Below are positions 28,100 to 38,580 of a stretch of DNA of 64,000 bases, piece by piece. The DNA is from Thermoplasmata archaeon (lineage in GTDB: Archaea; Thermoplasmatota; SW-10-69-26; JACQPN01; JAJPHT01): the NCBI GenBank assembly GCA_034667685.1, contig JAXDQU010000011.1, positions 14,230-78,229 on the forward strand. Direction: 5' to 3'. The notes beneath the pieces are model-generated. The model did not search any database and was not told where the DNA came from. It worked only from the letters and a program-made list of their open reading frames with translations. The translations under genes and the position numbers were made by a program. The stretch's first letter is position 1. The number at the start of each line of letters is the position of its first letter.

Positions 28100-29692
28100 C
28101 TAGGATGCCGCAGGCGTGGTCTGCAGCGCGGGCCCCGCGACGTAGCGCTGCGGCATGCCCGGCTCCCGGCGGACCAGGCCCGCCGACTCCATGCGCTGGA
28201 GGTGGTGCGCCACCAGGCGGCGCGACAGGCCGGTCAGGCCCGCGAGCTGCATCTGCGTCTGCGGCGCGGGCGCGCTTGCGAGCGCCTGCGCGATCCGCGC
28301 GCGCGACGCATCGCGCAGGAGCCAGCCCGCGTCCGTCGCCGCGCCCTCGTTGACGCGCTCCGGCGGCGCGAACGCCACGCTGCGCCCGTGCGGCCGCGCC
28401 ACGAGCATCTTGTGCACCACGAGCATCCGCAGGTGGTGCTGCGCCACGACGCGCGCCAGCCCCGCCTCGCGCGCCACCTCCGTGGCGGTGAGCCCCGGAC
28501 GCGCCGAAAGGAGCGCGAGGATGCGCTGCCGGTTCTCGTTCGCGAGCACGGTCGCATGGTTGATGCGGCTGTAGAAGGGCGCCGCGAGGGCGTGGCGGGC
28601 GAGGAAGATCGCCAGCGCGGCGAACGCGAGCAGCGAGATCCCCGCCGCGGCCTGGGCCGGCGTCGTCGGCTCAGGGCGAAGCGGGATCGCCACCCCTCCG
28701 ACGCTGGCGACGCGCGCCTGGCCCGAGAAGGTCCCGGCGACGGCATTGAGCGCGCCCGCTTCCTTCAGCGATTCTGGGGGATCCGGCCGCCGGGGATCGA
28801 ACGTCAGCGTGCCCTCCAGCTTGAGCGCATCCTTGTCCAGGACGTACCGGTGGCCATCCACCTCCATCCAGCCGCTGGTCGAGGGCGCGGCGAGGGCGCC
28901 GTCGAGCGCGACGCGCAGCGTGGGCGCCAGGAGGGAGCCCGCCGCGTTGGGGACCTGGACGTCCGAGCCGTCGAGGTCGAGCACGAGGAAACGCTCCGTC
29001 TCCTTCTGGGCCAGCGTCTGGGTCCCGGCTGGTCCGAGCACGGGCGTGGTGAACCGCCCCGTGTCAAAGCTTGCCTCGCCGCCGGTGTCGTTGCGGAGCG
29101 TGACTTGGACGCCGTAGGCCATGACCTCGATCTGGCCGGTCGCGCGGGCGGTGGCCGAGGAGAGGCCCGGCCCGGCGGCCGCGCCGAACGGGACAAGGTA
29201 GCTGCCCGCGGGAGCCTCGTAGTAGTAGTTGTCGGGCGTCCCCTCCTGGAGCGCGTTCACGGCGAAGACGAGCGGGAGCGCGGTCAACGCGGGGAGCCGC
29301 GCGGACGCGCCCGAAACCGACAGGGCGCCGTGGCCTTCCGGGTAGACGACGAGCTCGCATCCGTCGCGGCAGCCCGAGAACGTGACGTTGCCGGAGAGGA
29401 GCGAGACGGTGTCGTTCTCGGGCACGTCCTGGCTTGCGGGGCCCTGGGCAACACGGGTGCGGGAGGTCGTGACCACGTAGCCGTGGGCCGCCCGCGCGTG
29501 GGCCACGAGCGTCCCGCCTAGCCGAAGGGAGGGCGCAAGGTCCAGGAGGCCCGCGTCCGCGCTCGTCACGGCGTGGCCGGTGGCCGAGCCGCCATGGCCG
29601 AAGACGAGGTCGCCGCGGACCGCCGAGGTCGCCAGCGCGGCAGGCGTCAGGAGCAGGACCAGCGTCGCGATCGTGATGAGCGAAGCGCGCAT
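28100..29692 (-). CDS. Membrane-anchored regulator 2 (paralog of 24532)
   Basis: Signal peptide, GLLDL, CRDGC, LEGTL, TM, PFYSRI...NRQRILALL...QHHLRML...LVAHHLQRM. Confidence 0.8.
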   Translation of the reverse strand: MRASLITIATLVLLLTPAALATSAVRGDLVFGHGGSATGHAVTSADAGLLDLAPSLRLGGTLVAHARAAHGYVVTTSRTRVAQGPASQDVPENDTVSLLSGNVTFSGCRDGCELVVYPEGHGALSVSGASARLPALTALPLVFAVNALQEGTPDNYYYEAPAGSYLVPFGAAAGPGLSSATARATGQIEVMAYGVQVTLRNDTGGEASFDTGRFTTPVLGPAGTQTLAQKETERFLVLDLDGSDVQVPNAAGSLLAPTLRVALDGALAAPSTSGWMEVDGHRYVLDKDALKLEGTLTFDPRRPDPPESLKEAGALNAVAGTFSGQARVASVGGVAIPLRPEPTTPAQAAAGISLLAFAALAIFLARHALAAPFYSRINHATVLANENRQRILALLSARPGLTATEVAREAGLARVVAQHHLRMLVVHKMLVARPHGRSVAFAPPERVNEGAATDAGWLLRDASRARIAQALASAPAPQTQMQLAGLTGLSRRLVAHHLQRMESAGLVRREPGMPQRYVAGPALQTTPAAS

Positions 29693-29770
29693 CGAAGCCT
29701 CCGGAGCGCACGAGGCGATCCACGGAGAAAAGCCCACCGCCGGGGTCCACGAGGGCTGGAAACCGAACGC

Positions 29771-29787
29771 CTACTAGCCTTATGATG
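29771..29787 (+). promoter_or_regulatory. CTAC-N4-CTTATG TATA-like promoter of small protein B
   Basis: Box lies 24 nt upstream of ATG 29809; same motif as at 26219-26232. Confidence 0.5.
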
Positions 29788-29808
29788 GCCCGGCTCCACT
29801 ACGCGCGC

Positions 29809-30060
29809 ATGAGGCTGTTCCTGTTAGGGCTTCTTCTCATGCTTCTCGTCGTCGTGGCTTCTCCTGCGTTGGCGACGCCGCCGCTTCCCGTTCCGGACAA
29901 CCCCCTGGGGCCGCTCCCCCCGAGCCCCGATCTGGCGTGCGTCACGCCCGGCGACCCCCTGCACCACCCGCCGTACCTGTGCCACGTCGACAGGCTCTTC
30001 TCGCCGCTGCTGACGGAAATCCTGTGCTCCCCGGGCAACGTGCCCGGCTGTTACTCCTGA
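29809..30060 (+). CDS. Small secreted Cys/Pro-rich protein B (4 Cys)
   Basis: MRLFLLGLLLMLLVVVASPALA signal peptide; divergent from regulator 2. Confidence 0.7.
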   Translation: MRLFLLGLLLMLLVVVASPALATPPLPVPDNPLGPLPPSPDLACVTPGDPLHHPPYLCHVDRLFSPLLTEILCSPGNVPGCYS

Positions 30061-30114
30061 GCCGGTCGCGGCCCGCGCGGGCAAAACGCCCGCGCGGGCG
30101 AGAGGATCCGGACC

Positions 30115-31470
<1,356 letters not shown>

Positions 31471-31694
31471 GGAATGCACACCTTCGGCCACGCGGGGCCG
31501 CTGGCCCATCGAGTGGGATCGCGTACTTATGGGTTTCCGAAAAACAGAGCGACGCCCGCACGGCCAGTGGGCCATTTCACGTACGTTTGCACACCATTTC
31601 CGATGGAGCTTGATCCGTCTGGCCGGAACGATCGGAAGAAGCTGGGCGGCGCGGCGCGCAATCCCGCACACCTGTCGGGCCAGGCGCGCCCCGC

Positions 31695-33230
31695 TCAGCC
31701 GCTCGCCGCGTCGGCGGAGAGCGCCGGCGCGAGCGGGCTCGCGCGATAGCGGCGCGGCGACGCTCCGTCGTGCGGCTCCAGGAAGCCGGCCTGCTCCAGC
31801 CGGCCCAGGTGGTACGACACGAGCCGCTGCGAGAAGCCGGTGCGCTCCACCAGATCGCGCTGCGTGAGGCCGGCCGGCGCGCCGGCGACCAGCGCCGCGA
31901 TGGCGCGCCGCGTCGGATCGCGCACGCTCGCCGAGCGCTCGACCTCGCGCGGAGCGACCTCGCCCACGACGTGATAGCACCGGATCGCGCCGTGCCGCTG
32001 GCTCGCGACGTGGCCGCTGTTCTCCAGCATCCGCAGGTGGTGCCGCACGACGATGCGGTGCGCGCCGGTCCAGCGCACGAGGTCGGCCGTCGTGGCCGCC
32101 GGCCGCTCCAGGAGCAGCGCGTGGATGCGCTGGCGCATGGGGTGCTTGAGCGCGCGCGAGGGCGCGATGCGCGTGTAGAGCGCGAGCGCGCCCGCGACCG
32201 CGAGCAGGCCCAGGATGGTGACGCCGCCCGCGACGGCGGCCTTCTGGGCGCTCAGGCCTCCGAGAAGATCCACGCCGGCGGCGGACGCCCGCGTGGCGGT
32301 GCCCACGAGGCTGATCCTCATCGGCTCCGGGGCCGGCGCGAGCAGGCCGCTGGCCTGGCGCGACCCCGAGACCGCGACCTGCAGCGCGCCTTCCAGCGCG
32401 AGCGTCCCCCCGCCCAGCGAGTGGGGGATCCAGCCCACGGTGATGTCGCCCGCCGCGCTCCCGGCGGCGAGGCGGCCCTGCACGTCCACGGCGTCCGTGG
32501 TCCCCTCCAGCGTGAAGGGCGAGAGCCCCTCGATGCGCGGGTCGACGAGATCGAGCCACACCCACCGCGTGTGGGCCTGGGTGAGGAGCGGCTGGCCGGG
32601 CGCGTCGCTGCGCGGCTCCTCCCGCTCGAACGTGTCGATCTCGCCCGCGCTCGTGTGGAGCGTCGCGTTGAGCAGGACGAGGTGGACGTGCGAGGGGAGG
32701 ACGGGGGTGCCGGCGGCGCCGGTGGCCTCCAGCGTTCCGGCCGGCTCGGTCACGACGTACTCGGAGTCCGGCCCGCTGCCGGCGGTCGAGGTCCGGAAGG
32801 TCCGGGGGCGGTCGAGCTCGTGCAACGCGAGCTGGTCCGTCTCGACGCCGAGCGGATCGCTCGATGCGAGCACGAGGAAGCAGCTCTCCTTGCACGTGAT
32901 GGTGGCGCCCTGCGTCGCGCCGAGCGAGAGCGCGCTCCGGGTCCCGTTGGGCGTGCCGTAGCCTGGCGAGTGCGGCCAGATCGGCAGGCCGGTGTGGACG
33001 AGCTGGTGATAGCGGTCGATCTGCTCGCCCCGGGCCGAGGCGAAGGAGAGGGAGATCGGATGCCCCGGCGCCGCCGAGAGGTCGAGGAGCCCGTCCGTCG
33101 CCCGCGCCGAGATCGCGCCTTGAAGGCCCACGCCGCCCACGAGCGTCGCCTGGGCGTGGACCGGAGCGCCCGCGCTGGCCCCGGCGGCGGGGAGGAGGAC
33201 GAGGAGCGCGACGAGCAGGGCGGCTCGCAT
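31695..33230 (-). CDS. Membrane-anchored regulator 3 (paralog of 24532 and 28100)
   Basis: Signal peptide, GLLDL, CKESC, LEGAL, TM, LYTRI...RQRIHALL...VVRHHLRML...LVSYHLGRL. Confidence 0.8.
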   Translation of the reverse strand: MRAALLVALLVLLPAAGASAGAPVHAQATLVGGVGLQGAISARATDGLLDLSAAPGHPISLSFASARGEQIDRYHQLVHTGLPIWPHSPGYGTPNGTRSALSLGATQGATITCKESCFLVLASSDPLGVETDQLALHELDRPRTFRTSTAGSGPDSEYVVTEPAGTLEATGAAGTPVLPSHVHLVLLNATLHTSAGEIDTFEREEPRSDAPGQPLLTQAHTRWVWLDLVDPRIEGLSPFTLEGTTDAVDVQGRLAAGSAAGDITVGWIPHSLGGGTLALEGALQVAVSGSRQASGLLAPAPEPMRISLVGTATRASAAGVDLLGGLSAQKAAVAGGVTILGLLAVAGALALYTRIAPSRALKHPMRQRIHALLLERPAATTADLVRWTGAHRIVVRHHLRMLENSGHVASQRHGAIRCYHVVGEVAPREVERSASVRDPTRRAIAALVAGAPAGLTQRDLVERTGFSQRLVSYHLGRLEQAGFLEPHDGASPRRYRASPLAPALSADAASG

Positions 33231-33239
33231 CGCATCACC

Positions 33240-33605
33240 TCAGGGGAGCATGGGCAGGCGCGGGATCTGCGCCGGAGGGAGCGCGACGAGCGGGGGCGGG
33301 CTCGGGATCGTGCTGACCGAGTCGACCGTGCAGGTCATGGGGTCGATCTGCTGCGGGTCGGGCTGCGTGTTGAGCACGCACGTGATCTCGTACTGGACCC
33401 AGACCTCGCTGTCGTAGACGTACACCAGGAAGTGGACCACGTTGCCCTCGTACGACGCGCTCGCACCCAGGCCCAGCCGCGGCATGGTGCATTGGCCATC
33501 GTCCGAGATGGGGGGCGATCCCTGCGGGTCGATGCAGGGGTCGGCGGATCCTGTGGGGATCCACGTGGTCGCAAGGAGGACCAAGACAACGAGAACGCTC
33601 TTCAT
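33240..33605 (-). CDS. Small secreted Cys/Pro-rich protein C (4 Cys)
   Basis: MKSVLVVLVLLATTWIPTGSA signal peptide; ends 9 nt upstream of regulator 3. Confidence 0.7.
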   Translation of the reverse strand: MKSVLVVLVLLATTWIPTGSADPCIDPQGSPPISDDGQCTMPRLGLGASASYEGNVVHFLVYVYDSEVWVQYEITCVLNTQPDPQQIDPMTCTVDSVSTIPSPPPLVALPPAQIPRLPMLP

Positions 33606-33808
33606 GACAGCAAGTCTCCCGGCGCCCGAGGCCTCTTGCGACGTCATAAACATAGGTAGCCAGCTTGTTTCTGAGGGCTGCCCGTCCGGAGATGGCCTTC
33701 AGGATTGGACGAATGACCGATTCTTTCACCGAAGCCCTTTTCATTTGGCCAATCCTGCCCCGATCCGTGGAGCCAACCGAGGGCGCGGACCTGGCCGTTC
33801 GCCGGAAG

Positions 33809-34315
33809 ATGGGATTCCTCCTGGAGCAGCCGGTGCGCACGCGCGCCAAGCCCGGCCCGAAGCCGCAGGAGGGGCTCGACGACGTGGACGTGGGCATCAT
33901 GCGCGCGCTCAACCAGGACGCCCGCAAGAGCTACCGCGACCTCGCGAAGGAGCTCCAGCTCGCCCTCTCGACGGTGAGCGCGCGCGTCAAGCGCCTGGAG
34001 GCGCAGGGCTACATCACGGGCTACGTCCCGGTCATCGACGCGCAGAAGCTCGGCTTCGACCTCGTGGTGGTCGTGGGCGTGAAGATCGCGCACGGCAAGC
34101 TCCTGGAGGCGCAGCAGAAGATCGCCAAGCTCGCCCGCGTCTTCGCCGTCTACGACGTGACGGGCGACTGGGACAGCATCATCATCGCGCGCTTCCGCGA
34201 CCGCGAGGAGCTCAACGACTTCGTGAAGGACCTGCTCGCGATGCCACACGTGGAGCGCACGGGCACCCAGCTCGTCCTAAACACGGTGAAAGAGGAGCGG
34301 CGCGTCCTCTTCTGA
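33809..34315 (+). CDS. Lrp/AsnC family transcriptional regulator
   Basis: LDDVDVGIMRALNQDARKSYRDLA...RVKRLEAQGYI...VYDVTGDWD. Confidence 0.92.
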   Translation: MGFLLEQPVRTRAKPGPKPQEGLDDVDVGIMRALNQDARKSYRDLAKELQLALSTVSARVKRLEAQGYITGYVPVIDAQKLGFDLVVVVGVKIAHGKLLEAQQKIAKLARVFAVYDVTGDWDSIIIARFRDREELNDFVKDLLAMPHVERTGTQLVLNTVKEERRVLF

Positions 34316-34333
34316 GCGTCAGGGATTTGCACG

Positions 34334-34465
34334 ATGCGGCGCGAAGAGGCGCGCATGGTCGAGGTCGTCGGGCCCTGCCCGCTCTGCGGCCAGCCGATCG
34401 CCGCCTTCGCGCCGAACGTCGTGACGGCCCACGGGCCCGGCGTCTGCACGCCCGCTCAGTCCTGA
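34334..34465 (+). CDS. 43-aa CPxCG zinc-finger microprotein (not in the ORF track)
   Basis: MRREEARMVEVVGPCPLCGQPIAAFAPNVVTAHGPGVCTPAQS*. Confidence 0.5.
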   Translation: MRREEARMVEVVGPCPLCGQPIAAFAPNVVTAHGPGVCTPAQS

Positions 34466-34857
34466 TCGAGGTGGAGGCGGACCTCGTACCCGTCGAGGTC
34501 GTGGAAGGCGACGCCCCAGCCCTGCTTGCCGCGGCGCAGGCCCGAGTGCAGCACGTTCTCGGTGTCGAGGTGCGCGAGCCAGGCGTCCATCGCATGGCCG
34601 TCGGGGAGCGTGAAGCCCACGAGGTTCGCGCCCGCGAGCGCCGCCGCGCGCTGCGGATCCGCCACGAGCGCGAGCAGCAGGCCCGTCGGCGCGTGGCGCA
34701 GCGTGACCTGGCCGGGCTCCGCGAGCGCGGGCTCCGGCGCGAAGCCCATGACGCGCGCGTACCACGCCGCGGCGCCGCGCGGGTCGCGCGAGAACAGTTT
34801 CAGCGTGTGGACGCCGGCGAGCGCGGGGGCGTCGAGCGCGACGAGGCGGGCGGTCAT
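34456..34857 (-). CDS. VOC/glyoxalase family protein
   Basis: WYARVMGF...FHDLDGYEVRL. Confidence 0.75.
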   Translation of the reverse strand: MTARLVALDAPALAGVHTLKLFSRDPRGAAAWYARVMGFAPEPALAEPGQVTLRHAPTGLLLALVADPQRAAALAGANLVGFTLPDGHAMDAWLAHLDTENVLHSGLRRGKQGWGVAFHDLDGYEVRLHLDQD

Positions 34858-34900
34858 GCGCGGTACGCCGCTCCTTGCCACAAAGGCGTTGCGAATCCGT

Positions 34901-34941
34901 TCTGGGCTAAGGCTAAGGCGGAGGCTGAGGCTCGGGGCGCG
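34901..34941 (+). repeat. Hexamer-periodic (GGCTRA) 41-bp element, copy 1
   Basis: Near-identical to the reverse complement of 54655-54695. Confidence 0.8.
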
Positions 34942-35841
34942 ATGCTCTTCGCCGAAGAGGTCGTCGCGCAGCACTTCGTCCCGACGTGGCGCGGGCTGCT
35001 CGCGCGCCGGCTCCACGAGCTGGGCCTCCCGCAGGTCGAGATCGCGGCGGCGCTCTCCGTCACGCAGTCGGCGGTCTCGAAGCACCTGCAGGGCAAGCTC
35101 GCGCTGGAGCCGCGCCTGGCGGGCGACGCGCGGGTGCGCGAGGCCGTCGAGCGCGTGGCGCAAGGCATCATGGCGAAGCGGCTCTCCGCGTTCGAGGCGC
35201 TCCTGGAGGCCGAGGCGCTGGTGCGCGCGCTGGAGGACCGCGGCCCGATCTGCGCGATCCACGAGGAGGAGATGCCGGCGCTCGCGGGGCTGGGCTGCGA
35301 CATCTGCATCCGCGCGGGCGGCTCGATGCTGCGCGCCGAGCAGGCCGCCCTGATGGACCTGCGCGCCGCGGTCCGCATCCTGGAAGCGACGCCTGGCCTC
35401 GCGGCGCACCTGCCGCACGTGGGCACCAACGTCGCCCGCGCGGTGCCGGGCGCGACGGACGTCTCGGAGGTCGCCGCGATCCCGGGCGGGCTCTTCGAGA
35501 CGCGCGGCGTCGTCAAGGTCGCGGCGCCCCCGGAACTTGGCGTGTCGCGCCACGTCGCGGAGGTGCTGCTCGCGGTGCTCCGCGCCGACCCCGCGCGCCT
35601 CGCGTGCCTGAACCTCGCGCCCGCGCCCGCGCTCCTGGCCGGGGCGCGCGCCGCGGGGCTGCGCGTCGAGGAGGTGGCGCCGGAGGTCGAGCGCGCGCCC
35701 GGCCGGCTCCGCTTTGCGGGCGCGGTGCCCGACGTCTTCCACCACGCGGGCGCCTTCGGCGTCGAGCCCCAGGCGTACCTCACCGGACCGGACGCCACCA
35801 CGCTCGCTTTACAAGTCCGGCGGATCCTGGACATGTCATGA
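34942..35841 (+). CDS. thiR: ThiR-like regulator: HTH plus ThiN-like thiamine-phosphate-synthase domain
   Basis: QVEIAAALSVTQSAVSKHL, CAIH...CDIC, PHVGTNVA, VAAIPG, GVSRHVA, GAFGVEP. Confidence 0.75.
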   Translation: MLFAEEVVAQHFVPTWRGLLARRLHELGLPQVEIAAALSVTQSAVSKHLQGKLALEPRLAGDARVREAVERVAQGIMAKRLSAFEALLEAEALVRALEDRGPICAIHEEEMPALAGLGCDICIRAGGSMLRAEQAALMDLRAAVRILEATPGLAAHLPHVGTNVARAVPGATDVSEVAAIPGGLFETRGVVKVAAPPELGVSRHVAEVLLAVLRADPARLACLNLAPAPALLAGARAAGLRVEEVAPEVERAPGRLRFAGAVPDVFHHAGAFGVEPQAYLTGPDATTLALQVRRILDMS

Positions 35842-35916
35842 GGTTCGAGTCAGGAATCCTTATGCGCCAGCGCCTCCTCGGCAAATCCGGACCCCCCGTC
35901 CGGTGACTTCCGAGCC

Positions 35917-37287
35917 ATGGGACCGAGCCTTGCGCTGATCCGCTCCGTTCCGGCGGCCGGCACCCTCCTCCTCTGGACGATCATCTTCGTGGTCCTGATC
36001 GCGCTCTCCGCGTTCATGAGCGGCAGCGAGACCGCGCTCATCGGCTTCTCCCGCCTGCGCCGCCGCCAGCTCGTCGAGGAAGCGCACCCGCGCATCGACG
36101 CCGTCGAGGCGCTGATGGGCAACACCGAGCGCTTCCTGATCACCGTGCTCCTGCTGAACACGGTCATCAACATCGGCGCCGCGGCGATCGTGACCTCGTT
36201 CGCGGACGAGGTGTTCGACAACTACGTCGTGGCGATCTCCACGGGCGTCGTCACGTTCTTCATGCTCACCTTCGGCGAGATCATCCCGAAGGCGTTCGCC
36301 GCCAACAACGCCGAGGGGTGGGCGCTGCGCGTCGCGCCCGCCTTCCTCGCGATCCAGAAGGTCGTCTCGCCCATCGTGTGGGTCTACGAGAAGATGATGC
36401 ACGCGCTCCTGCGCGACCGGGCCAAGCGCGCCACCTTCCGCTCGGAAGAGGAGATCAAGACGCTCATCAGCGTGGGCACCGAAGAGGGCGTCCTCGAAGA
36501 GAAGGAAGAGGACATGCTGCACTCGGTCATCGAGTTCGGCGAGACCACCGCGCGCGAGATCATGGTGCCGCGCATCGACATGACCGCCGTCCCCGCCGAC
36601 GCCACGGTCGACCACATCAAGGCGTTCGTCCTGGAGAGCGGCTTCAGCCGCATCCCCGTCTACCAGGGCACGGTGGACAACGTCGTGGGCCTCCTCTACG
36701 TCAAGGACCTGCTGCTCCACCTCATCGAGAAGAAGGCCGGCACGGCCGTGGCGCAGCGAGGCGCGGACGGAGCCGCAGCCGCGTCCAGCGTCCCGCTGCG
36801 CGACCTGATGCGCGAGGCCTACTTCGTCCCCGAGTCGAAGAAGCTCGACGACCTCCTGGGCGAGATGCGCGAGAAGCGCATGCACATGGCGATCGTCATC
36901 GACGAGTTCGGCGGCACCGCGGGCCTCGTCACCCTGGAAGACATCGTCGAGGAGGTCGTGGGCGACATCTTCGACGAGTACGACCTGCGCACCGATCCCA
37001 TCCGCAAGCTCGACGAGAACACCGCGGTCGTCGACGCCAAGACCCACGTCGCGGACGTCAACGACGCGCTGGAGATCGGCATCCCCGAGGAAGAAGGGTA
37101 CGACACCGTGGCCGGCTACGTCTACCACGCGCTGGGCCGCCTGGGCAAGGAAGGCGAGGTCGTCCACGGCCCCGGCTTCGACCTCGTCGTCGAGAAGGTC
37201 ACCAACCGCCGCATCCTGCGCGTGCGCGTCGTGACGCACAAGGCCGAGATGGCCGAAGGCGCGGAAGGCGAAGCGAGCGCGCACTGA
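35917..37287 (+). CDS. CNNM/hemolysin-like CBS-domain membrane protein (CorB/TlyC)
   Basis: SAFMSGSETA, FGEIIPK, EIMVPR, FSRIPVY, DEFGGTAGLVTLEDIVEE. Confidence 0.92.
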   Translation: MGPSLALIRSVPAAGTLLLWTIIFVVLIALSAFMSGSETALIGFSRLRRRQLVEEAHPRIDAVEALMGNTERFLITVLLLNTVINIGAAAIVTSFADEVFDNYVVAISTGVVTFFMLTFGEIIPKAFAANNAEGWALRVAPAFLAIQKVVSPIVWVYEKMMHALLRDRAKRATFRSEEEIKTLISVGTEEGVLEEKEEDMLHSVIEFGETTAREIMVPRIDMTAVPADATVDHIKAFVLESGFSRIPVYQGTVDNVVGLLYVKDLLLHLIEKKAGTAVAQRGADGAAAASSVPLRDLMREAYFVPESKKLDDLLGEMREKRMHMAIVIDEFGGTAGLVTLEDIVEEVVGDIFDEYDLRTDPIRKLDENTAVVDAKTHVADVNDALEIGIPEEEGYDTVAGYVYHALGRLGKEGEVVHGPGFDLVVEKVTNRRILRVRVVTHKAEMAEGAEGEASAH

Positions 37288-37329
37288 CCATCCGGGAGGC
37301 GTGGACACGCCTGCGCGGCCTGGGGCGTG

Positions 37330-37590
37330 GGTCAGGTGACTAGACACCTTGTCGCGGGACGGCAGGTCAGGTGACTAGACAGGTGACGCAGCGCCCGTTC
37401 TCAAGGTGTCTAGTTCTGACCTTGCCAAGCCCATCATGGTGAACGCCAGGGGGTCCAGGGGGCCGCAGCCCGCCGCGCAAGGGCGCGGCGAGGCCGAACC
37501 GGAGTTCGGCCGGACCTGGCGCGGGGGTGCAGGGGGGCGCGCAGCCCCCCTGCCACGAAGTCGCGCGAGCCGTGCGACGAAGTGTGAGAA
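37330..37590 (+). repeat. Composite REP-like element, copy 1
   Basis: GGTCAGGTGACTAGACA at 37330 and 37365, inverted partner at 37404-37421; arm 37515-37590 shared with 50121-50470. Confidence 0.85.
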
Positions 37591-37713
37591 ACGGCGGAGG
37601 CGTGCCGGCGGCAGCGGCGCACCACAGTGCCCGGGCCGCCTGGCACCCACGCGCCTCCGCGGTTCGGTCAGGTCGCTCCGCGGGGGCGATGCGGTGCGCG
37701 GAGGATGAATGCG

Positions 37714-38580
37714 TTATGGCGCATTCTTCGAATTCGTGACCTTCCGGATGACGAGCTGCAACGGATCGAAGTAGCGGTCCGCGACGCGCTCCTTCATCGG
37801 GATGATGCCGTTGTCCGTGATGTGGATGTGCTCGGGGCACACCTCGGTGCAGCACTTCGTGATGTTGCACAGGCCGACGCCTGCTTCACGGCGCAGGAGC
37901 GGCACGCGGTCCGCGGCGTCCGCGGGGTGCATCTCCAGGCTGGCGATGCGGATGGTGAACCGAGGGCCGTAGAAGCCGCCGTCCTTCGTGGGGTCGGTGC
38001 CCTTGCCCTGGTCGCGCAGCACGTGGCAGACGTCCTGGCAGAGGAAGCACTCGATGCACTTCCGGAACTCCTGGACGCGGTCCACGTCGATCTGCTTCAT
38101 GTTGAACTCGCCCTTGGCGGCCTCTTCGGCCGTCCGCGCGCGGGGCGTGAAGGGCTGGATGTTCTGGTTGACGCGGTAGTTCCACGAGACGTCGGTGACG
38201 AGGTCCTTCTTGCGCGGGAACGTCTTGACGGGCTCGACGGTGACGGGGCCTTCGGGCAGCTCCTCGACGCGCGTCATGCACATCAGGCGCGGGACGCCGT
38301 TGATCTCGGCGCTGCACGATCCGCACTTGCCGGCCTTGCAGTTCCAGCGGCACGCGAGCGTCGGGTCCTCGGTCGCCTGGATGCGGTGGACGGCGTCGAG
38401 GACGACGTTGCCTTCCTCGACTTGGAGGTGGAAGTCCTGCCACTGGCTCTCGCCGGTGGCGCCCTCGCCCCGGCGCACGCGCAGGTGGAGCGGGTACTTC
38501 TTCGACTCCTGGATCTTGACGGGGCCCTTCTGGGCCGTGAGCTGCTGGACCGTGATATCAACCTTCGGCGCGTCGGTCAC
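37714..38580 (-). CDS. sdhB: Succinate dehydrogenase/fumarate reductase Fe-S subunit
   Basis: CRWNCKAGKCGSC, CIECFLCQDVC, CNITKCCTEVCP. Confidence 0.93.
   Translation of the reverse strand: MTDAPKVDITVQQLTAQKGPVKIQESKKYPLHLRVRRGEGATGESQWQDFHLQVEEGNVVLDAVHRIQATEDPTLACRWNCKAGKCGSCSAEINGVPRLMCMTRVEELPEGPVTVEPVKTFPRKKDLVTDVSWNYRVNQNIQPFTPRARTAEEAAKGEFNMKQIDVDRVQEFRKCIECFLCQDVCHVLRDQGKGTDPTKDGGFYGPRFTIRIASLEMHPADAADRVPLLRREAGVGLCNITKCCTEVCPEHIHITDNGIIPMKERVADRYFDPLQLVIRKVTNSKNAP

Noticed and set aside
31471-32895. Apparent 926-aa N-terminally extended GlnA
   Set aside because: The extension is an alternative frame of regulator 3 plus intergenic DNA; GS homology starts near ATG 31470
37367-37870. 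ORFs inside the composite repeat, which resemble ORFs at 49907-50789
   Set aside because: The similarity comes from the DNA repeat itself; there is no coding signature
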